From NCBI GenBank assembly GCA_934675625.1, contig CAKURH010000005.1, positions 125-64,124 on the forward strand: a stretch of 64,000 nt of DNA. The letters run 5' to 3'. Below are positions 36,778-46,102 of the stretch, one piece after another. Below the pieces are notes generated by a model that worked only from the letters and a program-made list of their open reading frames with translations, had not been told where the DNA came from and made no database searches. The translations under genes were made by a program, and so were the position numbers. The stretch is from an uncultured Kiritimatiellota bacterium. Its GTDB lineage: Bacteria; Verrucomicrobiota; Kiritimatiellia; RFP12; UBA1067. The number at the start of each line of letters is the position of its first letter. Position 1 is the stretch's first letter.

Positions 36778-37592
36778 TTCGACGCGACGCCCATCTTGTA
36801 GCCGTTGAAGCGGTGCGTGTTGTAGAGCGCCTGCTTCGGGTCGACCGGGAGGCCCATCGCCCGGCGGATCGCGAGGAAGTCCTTCACGGACTTGGGGCCG
36901 ACCTGCTGGAGCTTCGCGCCGTGCCCTGCCGCCAGGAGCAGCACCTGGCAGTAGGCGTCGGCGTTCTCGGCGAACCACTCGGCCTCCTCGATGTCGCGCG
37001 CGCCGCAGACGATGCCGTGGTTCTCCATGAAGACGACGTTCGACTTCTGCGACATCTTCGCGACGTTCGCCGCGACCTCGTCCGTCCCCGGCGTGCCGTA
37101 CGGCGCGAGCGGGATCTGGTTGAAGAAGATGTCCGCCTCGGGGTTGATGCCGTTCGGCGGCACCTGCCCCGCGAAGAGGAAGGCGTTGCAGTGCGGCGGG
37201 TGGCAGTGGACGCAGGCGTTCCAGCCGGCCGTTTTCATCATCGCGATGTGCACCTTCACCTCCGACGTGCGCGGACGGTAGCCGCAGAGCTGGCCGGCGC
37301 TCATGTCGACGAGGCAGATGTCCTCGCGCGTCATGAAGCCCTTGCAGCAGAGGGTCGGCGAGCAGAGCACGAGGTCTTCGCCGACGCGCACGGAGAGGTT
37401 GCCGCCGTTGCCGTCGGTGTAGCCGCGCGCGTAGATGCGGCGGCCCATCTCGCAAATCTGATCCTTCACCCGGTTGATCGCCGGCGAGTTGAAGAACTTG
37501 TCGAGGGCCGCGCGCGTCTTGGGCTGCGGGCCCTTCTTCCAGTCGTACGCCCGGTTCACGAGCGGCGGGTTGATGTAGAGCTTCTTGTCCAT
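36774..37592 (-). CDS. Class II aldolase/adducin-domain protein (fuculose-phosphate-aldolase-like)
   Basis: Motifs GNGGNLSVRV, HCHPPHCNAF (metal His cluster) and MENHGIVCGA. Confidence 0.8.
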   Translation of the reverse strand: MDKKLYINPPLVNRAYDWKKGPQPKTRAALDKFFNSPAINRVKDQICEMGRRIYARGYTDGNGGNLSVRVGEDLVLCSPTLCCKGFMTREDICLVDMSAGQLCGYRPRTSEVKVHIAMMKTAGWNACVHCHPPHCNAFLFAGQVPPNGINPEADIFFNQIPLAPYGTPGTDEVAANVAKMSQKSNVVFMENHGIVCGARDIEEAEWFAENADAYCQVLLLAAGHGAKLQQVGPKSVKDFLAIRRAMGLPVDPKQALYNTHRFNGYKMGVASK

Positions 37593-37593
37593 G

Positions 37594-39426
37594 TCAGAAT
37601 GTCCTTGGTGCGTGAATTATACCACAATTCGCCCGCCCTGCGCGCGCCACGCGCGGCGACAGGGGGCTGGTGGCCATCGCACGGAAGGAGCGGAAGTAAG
37701 TCCCCTTCGCGTCGAGCCCTTCGGCCAGCGTCTGGAGGTGCAGGTAGGAGAACCCGAACGGCGGCAGCGACCGAACCGTCGCCGTGGCGAGCGTGCGTCC
37801 GTCGCAGGTCAGCTCGGCGCGCCCGGTCCCGCCGTTCCACGTGCCGCGCAGCGTGTGCCACCCTTCGCCCAGCGTCTCCCGCGTGACCGTCCACGACACC
37901 GGCGCGCGCGGCGGGCTGTACTCGTCGCACGGATTGATCCAGTGGTCGGTCAGCGTCAGCCGGAAGCCCGCGCCGTCGATGCGGCAGTCGACCTCGACCG
38001 CCCCCGTCCGCGCCGCCGGGAAGTTCCAGGCCACGCCCTGCCGATCCGAGACGAGGCGCGGGTCGGGGATGCGGCAGAGCTGCAGGACCTCGCGGACGCT
38101 CCCCTTCCCCTCGTCCGTGTCGGGGTCGCGCGTCAGGACGGCCCCCGGCAGCCGGTTCCAGGCGCAGTGCCCCGCCCAGCCGCGCCAGCCGCCCGACAGC
38201 GACTTCAGGTAGAGATGGTTCGAGAGCCCGCCGAGCCCGTGGCGGAAGTCCTCCGTCCGCGTCGTCTCGAGCAGCCAGTCGGGGTCGAACCGCGCAAGCC
38301 GCCGCGCGGACGAGTTCTGTCCGTAGGCGACCAGCACCGTGCCGTCGCGCAGTTCGAGCGCCTGCGTCTGGTGCACGGACTTGTCGTGCTCGTCGTCCGG
38401 GTCGTTGCCGAGTTCCCGGAAGTCGGGCGCGTTGCGCGGCTCGGTCAGGGCGATCTCGCGGAAGCCCCGCCACGTCCGCCCGTCGTCGTCCGAAATCGCC
38501 GCGTGCAGCGCGTCGCGGTTGGTGAAGACCGTCTCCCAGACGCCCGCACGTTCGCCGGTCGAAAGTTCGGGGGACTCCGCCGCGTCGCGTGTCGGCAGCG
38601 GCGCCGTGTTGTTCCAGACGAAGAGCAGCCGTCCGTCCTTCAGGCGGAAGAGGAGCGGCATCGTGTTCGTCGCCCAGAACGCGGGGTTTTCGCGCGGCTC
38701 GCTCCACGTCTCGCCGCCGTCCCGCGACTCGCTGAACGCATGGTGCCCGCCGCTCGTGCGCAGGGCCATGAGCAGCGAGCCGTCGTTCCGCTCGACGACG
38801 GACGGCTCGCAGCCGTCGTTGTACCAGCGCGGCCGCCGGTCGCCCGGCCCGAAGCGCGGCACGTCCTTCAGCGGCGGCACCGGGACGTAGCGCCACGTGT
38901 CGCCGTCGTCGTCCGACAGCGCGACCGCCGCGCGGTAGCACGCGCCGCCTTCGCACCGCACGTCCGAGAACGCCGCGACCCACCGCCGCCGCGCCTTCAG
39001 CGCAACCAGCTGGCGCAGCTCCTGCCGCCGCCAGCCGAGGCGGCGGCGTTCGGGGCTTGTGTCGCCGGGGCCCGTCCTCGAGCGGACGAACACCGTCTCG
39101 CGTTCCGGCCCCTCGTCGGCGAAACAGATCCACTCGTCGCGCCACGGGCTCCTCGCCATCGCGCCGACGTCTCCGCGCGCCGCGACCCGGAACGTCCAGT
39201 TCGTCCCCTCGTCCCGCGACGCGACGTAGACGCGGCGCCGTTCGCCGCCGACCGTCTTCCAGCCGTAGTGGCGGATCTCGCCGTCGGCCGTCCGGCAGAG
39301 GTCGCGCACGGCGGCGGCGGGCGGCACGGCCACGACACGAGGCCCTTCCGCCGCCGCGCCGGCGAAGCCCGACAGCAGCACGAGCCCGACTGAGACAAGC
39401 GAACGCGTCTTCAACATCTTCTTCAT
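37594..39426 (-). CDS. BNR/Asp-box beta-propeller exo-alpha-sialidase-like enzyme (GH33-like) with C-terminal lectin-like domain
   Basis: Start MKKMLKTRSLVSVGLVLLSG (ATGA overlap with the upstream stop). Three Asp-boxes: SDDDGDTW, SRDGGETW, SDDDGRTW. The track merges it into a spurious 1358-aa ORF. Confidence 0.7.
   Translation of the reverse strand: MKKMLKTRSLVSVGLVLLSGFAGAAAEGPRVVAVPPAAAVRDLCRTADGEIRHYGWKTVGGERRRVYVASRDEGTNWTFRVAARGDVGAMARSPWRDEWICFADEGPERETVFVRSRTGPGDTSPERRRLGWRRQELRQLVALKARRRWVAAFSDVRCEGGACYRAAVALSDDDGDTWRYVPVPPLKDVPRFGPGDRRPRWYNDGCEPSVVERNDGSLLMALRTSGGHHAFSESRDGGETWSEPRENPAFWATNTMPLLFRLKDGRLLFVWNNTAPLPTRDAAESPELSTGERAGVWETVFTNRDALHAAISDDDGRTWRGFREIALTEPRNAPDFRELGNDPDDEHDKSVHQTQALELRDGTVLVAYGQNSSARRLARFDPDWLLETTRTEDFRHGLGGLSNHLYLKSLSGGWRGWAGHCAWNRLPGAVLTRDPDTDEGKGSVREVLQLCRIPDPRLVSDRQGVAWNFPAARTGAVEVDCRIDGAGFRLTLTDHWINPCDEYSPPRAPVSWTVTRETLGEGWHTLRGTWNGGTGRAELTCDGRTLATATVRSLPPFGFSYLHLQTLAEGLDAKGTYFRSFRAMATSPLSPRVARAGRANCGIIHAPRTF
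37616..37624 (-). promoter_or_regulatory. Extended -10 promoter (TGGTATAAT) internal to the operon, upstream of the aldolase gene
   Basis: Reverse complement of attatacca. Lies inside the 3' tail of the sialidase ORF, 24 nt from the aldolase ATG. Confidence 0.45.
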
Positions 39427-42400
39427 TTCTTTCCCCCTGTGCTCGTTGCTTCGATGCTGTCGGACAGGCGTTTCGCCAGCGCGGCCTTGTCCGGCGGATG
39501 GATGTCGGCCTTGGTCGAGATGTCGGCGGACTTCACGAGCGTGACGTGCGGGACGATTTCCGCCGCGCGCGCCTGCGCCTCCTGCACACCGTGCCACCGC
39601 GCGTCGTCCCGCGCCGCGAGGTCGGCAATCTGCACGAGCGAGAACGGCAGCGCGGCGTCGCGCAAGTCGGCCCGCCACCGTTCGGCGAGCGCCTTGAAGA
39701 GCGGCGCGTAATAGCGCGCGCCGCCGGGGCCGGTGTCGCTCTCGCCCTGATACCACACGACGCGCGAGAACGCAAACGGCACGACCGTCTCGAACATCTT
39801 CGCGTACAGGAAGCCGGGGCCGTTCCACGTCGAATAGACCGGATGCGTGAAGTCGCCATGTCCGTCGGCTTTCGCAATCTGCCCGGCCGGGTCTGTGCAG
39901 ACGCCCGCCGGCAGCCAGCTCTGCAGCGCCGACGCACCCTGCGCACAGACGACCAGGCCGACGGGCTTGCCCGTCTGCCGCACGCGCTCCAAGCCGAACA
40001 GGTAGGCGAGCGTCGACCACCGCGAGACCTCGTTCGAGGCGCAGACCCGCCAGCCGTCGGCGGACGTGAAGTCCGTCCCCGGCTCGACGCGCGAGACGGT
40101 GAAGCACCGCAGCAACGGCTCGTTCGCATAGTCGGCCGGACGCACGCGCGACCGCGACAGCGCGAACTGCATGTTCGACTGGCCCGCCATGAGATAGACC
40201 TCGCCCACGCACACGTTCTTCAGCACGCGCGTCTGCGCACCCAGCCGAACCGTCAGCTCGAACGGGCCGCCCGCCGTCCCCGCCGGCAGGTCGACCGTCC
40301 ACACGCCGCCGGACGAGACGGCCTTCGCCGTCCGCCCGCGAAACGTCGCGGACACGGCGCCGAGCCCCGTGCCGAAGAGGCGCACGGGCTTGCCTTCCGC
40401 GAACACCAGGCCGTCGGTGAAAAGCGGCGCGAGCCGCAGCTCCTCCGCCGCCAGCACAACGTTCGGATCGCCCGCGAACGCGAGGTCGTGCAGCAGCCCG
40501 ACGGACGGCTTGTCGCCGTTGACGCCCGGGCCGAGCGCGGGCGAGCAGTTGCCGTAGACGCGCACGGGCGGCACTGCGCACGATCCAGCCTCTACGCCGT
40601 CCACGAGCAGGCGGAACTGCCGTCCGTCGTTCACCAGCGTGAGGCGCACGCGGCGTCCGCGCACAAGCGGCGCGGCGGTCTTGACCTCGCAGGCGAACGC
40701 CGACGCGCCCTCCCCGCCCGCGAACGCGGCGACGAGCCGTCCGTCCGACGCGAGCGTCAGCGACGGCCCCTCGTTCCAGCCGTTCGGGGACAGGATCGGA
40801 TGCGCCGCGCCGTCCGCCGCCAGTGGCGTGAACGCGCACGTCAGGCGGAACGGCCCCATCGGCCACTGCCGCTGCGGCAGCTTCGGACGCGCCAGCGGCG
40901 CCCCCATGAAGTCGAATGCGGCGCGCCGCACGGCGAACGGCGAGACGCGGGCCACGACAATCCGCGTCCTCTTCACGGGCCACGCCGCCTCCGGCGTCAG
41001 GAACACGCGCGCGTCCGGCGTGCCCGACGCGCCGGACGTCTCGTCCAGCGTGACAGGCGTCTCGACGACGGCCATCGGAATCGGACGCCGATCCGTCGCG
41101 AACGGCTGCTGCACCTTCGACTCGGCAAACGTGCCGTCGGCGAACTCGAACTCGACCCAGAAGTCGTCCGTCGGCGCGGGTTGCGCCGCCCAAACGGACA
41201 CGAACAGACGACCCGCCTTCTGGTTGAGCGGCGGCAAGTCGTAGAGCGTGCCGTCCGGCGAAAGGCGAATCGTCCCCGCGCCGCAGCGCAGCTCGCCGAA
41301 GCGCACGAGGTCGCGCGGCGTGAACGTGCGGACGGCCCGGTTGTCCGTGAACGTGAGCTTCGTCTTCGCCTCCGTCTCGATGCGCGCCGTATGCTTCATC
41401 CACGACGGCGCCAGCTTGGACGTCAGGCGGGCGGGCGTCCAAGCGAAATGCGGCGCGCCGTTCGTCTCGAAGCTCTTGACGGCGTGCGCAATCCGTCCGT
41501 TCGCGACCTGCAGGTCGAGCCAGCCTTCCCCATTGAAGAAGACGGGCAGAATTGTCGAACGATTCGGCGTGAACGCCGTCACGGGACGCTCGTTGCGATA
41601 GAGGACGGCCCGCTTCAGGGGAACCTCCGTCTTGAACGCGCACTTTCCGGCGAGAATGCCGTCCTGCCACGTCAGGGCAAACCGGCTCTGGATCGGCCGG
41701 CGGTCATGGATCGAAACCTTGACCGTCTCGGGATTCGCGAGCCATCCCGTAAACTGGAAGACCGGCGGCAGCGTGACGACGCGCGTCTCGGACGGCAGAC
41801 GCACGACGAACTCGGGCGTCAGGACGTGCGACGCTGACAGCTTCGCCGTCGGCACGAGCCATTCGACCCGCGTCCAGTCCGCGTCCACCAGCCGCCGCTC
41901 GGACAACCCGGCGACGATTTCGCCGTCCTCGTCGAGAAGCCGGCCTGAAATCGAGACGTCGCCCTTCTCGACCGACGGCAGGCGCTGCGCCTCGAACTTC
42001 AGCACCGTGCCGGGGATGTTCTCGCGCAAGTAGGCGAAGACGACATCCGTCTTCTCCGCCGGACGCTCCCCCCGAAACGCGCGCGCCATCGCCCGCACGA
42101 TCGCCGGATTCCCCGTCGCGAGCCGCCGCGTCTGGAGCGTCGTCTCGTCGTGGTCGTTCCACGTCGTCACGTGCAGCCACTGCGCATTCAGCGCCTGCGC
42201 CGCGTCGAACCGTCGCTGCAGCGTGCCGAAGCCGAGAAACGGCTGGTAGTAGCTGCAGCGTCCGGGCAGCCAGCCGCCGTAGTAGCCGGGCCACAGGCAT
42301 GGCATGAACGCCGCGCCGTTCTTCCGGCAGAAGGCGTCAGCCTCGCGCATCTCCGTCTCGACGGACTTGAACGGCGACCGTCCGCAGCCCATGATCGAGA

Positions 42401-43025
42401 AGTGGAACGCGCCCTCGAACAGGCCGACGTAGGGCGCGAAGACCTTCTCGTCAAACGCCTGGAACGGCGTCTCGATGTTGGCGACGACGTGAATCGGATA
42501 GCCCGCGTCGGCACAGCCGGCGCGAATCGCGCGCCACTCGTCCGGCGTCCAGGCGCGGTAGGTGTAGGCGCAGACGACGAACCGGTCGCCGCACCGCGCG
42601 TAGTTCGGATGGTTCCCGTAGGTCGAGAGCATCCGCACAAGCTCCTTCACCTGATGGGCGACGCTGACGCGACGGTCGAGGCAGATGCCGAACTGGAACG
42701 GCGTGCCCTCGGCCGCCGCGAGGTAAGGCCGCAAGTCCCAGAAGGACGTCCTGCCGCCCTCGTGCGCAACCATGTCGTTGAAGAACCCGTCCACGCCCTG
42801 GTCGAGCGCGCGCCGGATCTCGTCGCGCAGCGGATGTGCCCCGACGTCCGTCTGCGGAAAGTCGTAGACCCGCTGCGACATCTGCGAGGCGTTCTCCGGC
42901 ACGAACCACGGCACGTAGTGCGCCCAGACCATCTTGCGGTTCGCGACGTCCGCCGCGCGCGCGGTCCCGCCGCCCCAGACGAGCGACAGAACCGCCACCA
43001 AAACCTTCAATCCCCGACCGTTCAT
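39423..43025 (-). CDS. Secreted multi-module enzyme: N-terminal GH71/GH99-like TIM-barrel-like module, LamG-like module, C-terminal sialate O-acetylesterase (SASA/SGNH) module
   Basis: Signal peptide present. N-terminal motifs VWAHYVPWF and HVTTWNDHDETT. C-terminal esterase motifs GEVYLMAGQSNMQF, VVCAQGASALQSW and VVWYQGESD. Confidence 0.75.
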   Translation of the reverse strand: MNGRGLKVLVAVLSLVWGGGTARAADVANRKMVWAHYVPWFVPENASQMSQRVYDFPQTDVGAHPLRDEIRRALDQGVDGFFNDMVAHEGGRTSFWDLRPYLAAAEGTPFQFGICLDRRVSVAHQVKELVRMLSTYGNHPNYARCGDRFVVCAYTYRAWTPDEWRAIRAGCADAGYPIHVVANIETPFQAFDEKVFAPYVGLFEGAFHFSIMGCGRSPFKSVETEMREADAFCRKNGAAFMPCLWPGYYGGWLPGRCSYYQPFLGFGTLQRRFDAAQALNAQWLHVTTWNDHDETTLQTRRLATGNPAIVRAMARAFRGERPAEKTDVVFAYLRENIPGTVLKFEAQRLPSVEKGDVSISGRLLDEDGEIVAGLSERRLVDADWTRVEWLVPTAKLSASHVLTPEFVVRLPSETRVVTLPPVFQFTGWLANPETVKVSIHDRRPIQSRFALTWQDGILAGKCAFKTEVPLKRAVLYRNERPVTAFTPNRSTILPVFFNGEGWLDLQVANGRIAHAVKSFETNGAPHFAWTPARLTSKLAPSWMKHTARIETEAKTKLTFTDNRAVRTFTPRDLVRFGELRCGAGTIRLSPDGTLYDLPPLNQKAGRLFVSVWAAQPAPTDDFWVEFEFADGTFAESKVQQPFATDRRPIPMAVVETPVTLDETSGASGTPDARVFLTPEAAWPVKRTRIVVARVSPFAVRRAAFDFMGAPLARPKLPQRQWPMGPFRLTCAFTPLAADGAAHPILSPNGWNEGPSLTLASDGRLVAAFAGGEGASAFACEVKTAAPLVRGRRVRLTLVNDGRQFRLLVDGVEAGSCAVPPVRVYGNCSPALGPGVNGDKPSVGLLHDLAFAGDPNVVLAAEELRLAPLFTDGLVFAEGKPVRLFGTGLGAVSATFRGRTAKAVSSGGVWTVDLPAGTAGGPFELTVRLGAQTRVLKNVCVGEVYLMAGQSNMQFALSRSRVRPADYANEPLLRCFTVSRVEPGTDFTSADGWRVCASNEVSRWSTLAYLFGLERVRQTGKPVGLVVCAQGASALQSWLPAGVCTDPAGQIAKADGHGDFTHPVYSTWNGPGFLYAKMFETVVPFAFSRVVWYQGESDTGPGGARYYAPLFKALAERWRADLRDAALPFSLVQIADLAARDDARWHGVQEAQARAAEIVPHVTLVKSADISTKADIHPPDKAALAKRLSDSIEATSTGGKK

Positions 43026-43031
43026 GGCACG

Positions 43032-43286
43032 TCACCGAATGGCGAAGAAGAAGCCGCGACAGGGCTTCGTGTTGAGGTAGATGCCCGGCCACGGCGACCA
43101 GTCCCACCCGCTGAGCACGGTGTCGAGCGTCACCGCCTCCGCCGCGAGGGACGTGCCGCCGAGCCGCGTGTCGAGGGACACGTCAACCGCCGACACGGCA
43201 GGCGCGGGCGGCGGCGGCTCGCGCGTGCCGGCGGACGCGGCGAGAACCGCCGCAACCGCCAATGAAAGACTCAGAATGCACTTCAT
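43032..43286 (-). CDS. Small secreted protein (84 aa) ending in GFFFAIR
   Basis: Strong GGAGGA SD that overlaps the upstream stop. Signal peptide MKCILSLSLAVAAVLAASAG. Sits between two real genes with gaps of 9 nt and 6 nt. Confidence 0.55.
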   Translation of the reverse strand: MKCILSLSLAVAAVLAASAGTREPPPPAPAVSAVDVSLDTRLGGTSLAAEAVTLDTVLSGWDWSPWPGIYLNTKPCRGFFFAIR

Positions 43287-43295
43287 GTTTCCTCC

Positions 43296-44573
43296 TCAGT
43301 CCAGAATGACGATTGGGCGGAAGCCGTTGTACGGGCGCCGCGCATCCGTCATGCCCTGCGCGCCGTTGTCGATGTAAAGGTTTTTCGAGCGCGCGCCCGA
43401 ACGGCAGTCCTTCGCATCGTCTTCCCACGAGCCTCCGCGCAAGACGCGATTCCAGGACGACACCGACCCAACATTCGGGTTGACGGGATCCGTAGCCTCG
43501 GCCGCACCGATGTTCTCGATCCGGTCAAACACCCACTCGCGCACATTGCCGTGCATGTCGTAGAAGCCCCAGCCGTTCGGCTTGAACGAGCCGACTTCCG
43601 CCACGCCCGTGCGGTCGCCGAGATTGCCCTTGTAGAGACCCAGTTCGTCCAGATGAGAATCCGTCTCGGAACTTTCCAAATTTGTCGTGCCGTCGTTCAG
43701 CGCACCCGTCGTGCCCGCGCGGCAGGCGTATTCCCACTGGGCTTCAGTCGGCAGGTCAAACCTGAAGCCCGTCCGCGTGCGGATCTTCTTCAGCCACGTG
43801 GCCGTCTGCGCCGCATTCCCGCCGGGATCCTTGGCTTCGTCATACGGCCAGTCAGTGCATGTGCCGTGCAGCAGATACCAGCGCATGCCAGAGGCCGGCT
43901 GCGCCGCGCTCTTTCCCGCCGGAATGGCGTCATCGACCAGATAGTATTCATAGCCGTAGGTGAACTCATAGACGCCCATGTAAAAGGGCTTCGTCAGATG
44001 CACCGTATGCTGAACTTCGCGCGTCGAGTGATAGCCAAACTCGTTCGGATGGGCGCCCATGACGAAACCGAGGTCATCCGTCGGATCGACACGGCGCAGA
44101 ATCATGTGCGTCGTCTTGTAGCGCATGTTGGTCACACCACCGGGGACGGCCTCTGCGCTTGTGTAATAGTAGGCCGACATTAGGTTGTCGGCGTTCGCCG
44201 ACTTCCCCTTGAGAAGATCGATGACAAGGTAGCGCGGCGGCGCGCTCTTCGACCAGGCCGTGACGCGGGCGCGGGCGTTGTCCACCTTGTGGTTCGGCCA
44301 CGACTGCGTGGCCTGCCACGTCAGGGACTTGCCCGTGCCGACGGCAATCACCTTGTTGACGTCACCCGAGAGGTTCGCGACCTCGCCTTCCGCCAGCGGC
44401 ACGCCGTTCGTCTCGATGCCGAGCGTGATGATCGCGTCCTCGCCCGCGAGGTCATAGGTGACGGTGACGCTGCGGTCGGCGTTCTGCGTCATGACGACAT
44501 TCGACACTTCAGGGGCCGCACACGCGACCGAAGCCGACAGGGCCGACAGCCCCGCAATCATGATTCTTTTCAT
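43296..44573 (-). CDS. Secreted FGE-sulfatase (SUMF1/PF03781-type) domain protein with N-terminal Ig-like domain
   Basis: Motifs LPTEAQWEYACRAGT, NGWGFYDMHGNVREW and LRGGSW. Confidence 0.85.
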   Translation of the reverse strand: MKRIMIAGLSALSASVACAAPEVSNVVMTQNADRSVTVTYDLAGEDAIITLGIETNGVPLAEGEVANLSGDVNKVIAVGTGKSLTWQATQSWPNHKVDNARARVTAWSKSAPPRYLVIDLLKGKSANADNLMSAYYYTSAEAVPGGVTNMRYKTTHMILRRVDPTDDLGFVMGAHPNEFGYHSTREVQHTVHLTKPFYMGVYEFTYGYEYYLVDDAIPAGKSAAQPASGMRWYLLHGTCTDWPYDEAKDPGGNAAQTATWLKKIRTRTGFRFDLPTEAQWEYACRAGTTGALNDGTTNLESSETDSHLDELGLYKGNLGDRTGVAEVGSFKPNGWGFYDMHGNVREWVFDRIENIGAAEATDPVNPNVGSVSSWNRVLRGGSWEDDAKDCRSGARSKNLYIDNGAQGMTDARRPYNGFRPIVILD

Positions 44574-44638
44574 TTTCGTAGCCTTTCTGGTTTTGAGTGA
44601 ATGTGAAGAAAGCGCCCTCCGCCTTTTTCACATTGCGT

Positions 44639-44647
44639 ATTATACCA
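44639..44647 (-). promoter_or_regulatory. Extended -10 promoter (TGGTATAAT) for the FGE-sialoglycan operon
   Basis: Reverse complement of attatacca, about 65 nt upstream of the ATG at 44573. Confidence 0.55.
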
Positions 44648-44723
44648 TTTTGGCGCGAAAGTAAAGAGACAAATCAAGAACAAAAAGAGAGACAGATCAG
44701 GAACTCGCCCGACAGCCAAGACT

Positions 44724-45929
44724 TCAATAGAGAAACCCGAAGAGCCACAGCGGAATGCGATTTCCGCGACCGACTTCCGTTTCATCGACCGCAAGGTAGC
44801 TGCGTGGGATGCCGGCAATCTGGTCGAAGCCCTTGCCCGCGCCACCGACTTCAAAGAGGTCTTGTCCGTTGGCAAGAAAATCCCCCTTTCGCGGATAGGA
44901 CAGCTCGTTGCGCAATCCAACCTGGTTATTGAAAAAGGCTTCGCGAATCGTCCCGGTGTCCGGCTCGCTGGACAGCGCGTACATCAGGTTCGGATTGTCG
45001 CAGAAGATCTTGTTGGGCGACCCCAGATGCTTGAGCGATTCCGCGTCTTCCGCCAGAAGCCCCAGCAACCCCGCCCTGCGCAAGGCATAAAGGACTTTGA
45101 CGCCGAGTTTCCGATCCATTTCGAGGTTGCGGCACAAGGCCGTGATGTTGGGCGTCTGCGGCGTTGACGCGGCGAGAATCGTGAGCATGCGCCGCGCCTT
45201 GCGCACGGTCTCGGGGGTTACGTCTTCAGTCTTCGTCAAGTCAACGTCAAGGGCTTGGTTGACGACCTGCAGCAGCCGTTGCGTGAAATGGCTTGGATCC
45301 TCGCGAAAGAACGGATAATAGCCGATTTTCAGGTATCGTTCAAACGCAGGGATGACCTTCAGGCGTGCGCTGATGCGTTCGGCCGTCGCGACATGCTCCT
45401 GGAGCAGCCCGTTCAGCGTCAGGGGTGCAACGTCAAGAAGGCCTTCGAGCTTGAGGTATTCGCGAAAGGAAAGGCCGGACAGCGCGTAGGCCACCTGTCG
45501 GCGCGAGAGGTCGCCTTGTCCTGCGGCAAGCCGCAGGATGGACGAGCCCGTGTAGGCGATGCGCAGCTCCTTGAAATTGTCGTAGAGATTCTTGACGAGA
45601 CGTTGCCAATCCGGCAGATAGTGTATTTCGTCAATCAGAATCCGCGTTCCGCCATGTTGCACATGATAATTGACGAGGTCATAGATCTCCAAGGCATTCA
45701 GCCACAGGTTATCCATCGAGACATACAGGGCTGTCTTGGCTTCGGACGGATTCTCCTTGAGGAACTGCAAGAACATCGTCGTCTTGCCGACACCGCGCGG
45801 ACCGCTCAGCGCAAGGAGGCGCACAGACCAGTCAAGTTCAGCCGTCAAATAGCGATGGAACGAGCAGTCCGTTTCGCGGACAAGCTTGTCGGAGATATCA
45901 TAGACAGCCTGAATTGCACGATTATTCAT
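44724..45929 (-). CDS. AAA_14 + DUF4143 family ATPase
   Basis: Walker A LSGPRGVGKTT and Walker B ILIDEIHYL. The architecture is typical of the PF13173/PF13635 family. Confidence 0.8.
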   Translation of the reverse strand: MNNRAIQAVYDISDKLVRETDCSFHRYLTAELDWSVRLLALSGPRGVGKTTMFLQFLKENPSEAKTALYVSMDNLWLNALEIYDLVNYHVQHGGTRILIDEIHYLPDWQRLVKNLYDNFKELRIAYTGSSILRLAAGQGDLSRRQVAYALSGLSFREYLKLEGLLDVAPLTLNGLLQEHVATAERISARLKVIPAFERYLKIGYYPFFREDPSHFTQRLLQVVNQALDVDLTKTEDVTPETVRKARRMLTILAASTPQTPNITALCRNLEMDRKLGVKVLYALRRAGLLGLLAEDAESLKHLGSPNKIFCDNPNLMYALSSEPDTGTIREAFFNNQVGLRNELSYPRKGDFLANGQDLFEVGGAGKGFDQIAGIPRSYLAVDETEVGRGNRIPLWLFGFLY

Positions 45930-45999
45930 CTTATCATCCGTTTTTGATTAGGTTTACAAACCATATATTTTTCAATAACATAGGGTTTCTGCACCCCAT

Positions 46000-46008
46000 A
46001 TTATCTCA
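46000..46008 (-). promoter_or_regulatory. Extended -10 promoter (TGAGATAAT) for the AAA_14 ATPase
   Basis: Reverse complement of attatctca. The palindrome ggttt-ac-aaacc (45951..45962) lies between it and the ATG. Confidence 0.45.
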
Positions 46009-46070
46009 TATTCTTCGTCATCCGACAACCCACCCAACGTTCAAAATAAGATTGTCGCGGGCTTGGCGTT

Positions 46071-46102
46071 AGATATCGTGGGGACAGATATCGTGGGGGA
46101 CA
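46071..46102. repeat. Tandem 15/16-bp direct repeat agatatcgtgggg(g)ac x2
   Basis: Seen directly in the sequence. Each unit contains a GATATC palindrome. The second unit overlaps a hairpin, ggggac-N12-gtcccc (46096..46119). Confidence 0.7.

Noticed and set aside
37594-41670. 1358-aa minus-strand ORF as listed in the track
   Set aside because: It is a composite. Only the last 610 codons (from MKKMLKT at 39426) are protein-like. The upstream part is an out-of-frame read-through of the 39423..43025 gene.
39057-41837. 926-aa plus-strand ORF, plus 37585..39393 (+) and 58760..61096 (+)
   Set aside because: Same reasoning. Arg-rich antisense frames overlap genes that have strong motif support on the minus strand (esterase GQSN/WYQGESD, Asp-boxes, GH-A NE motifs).
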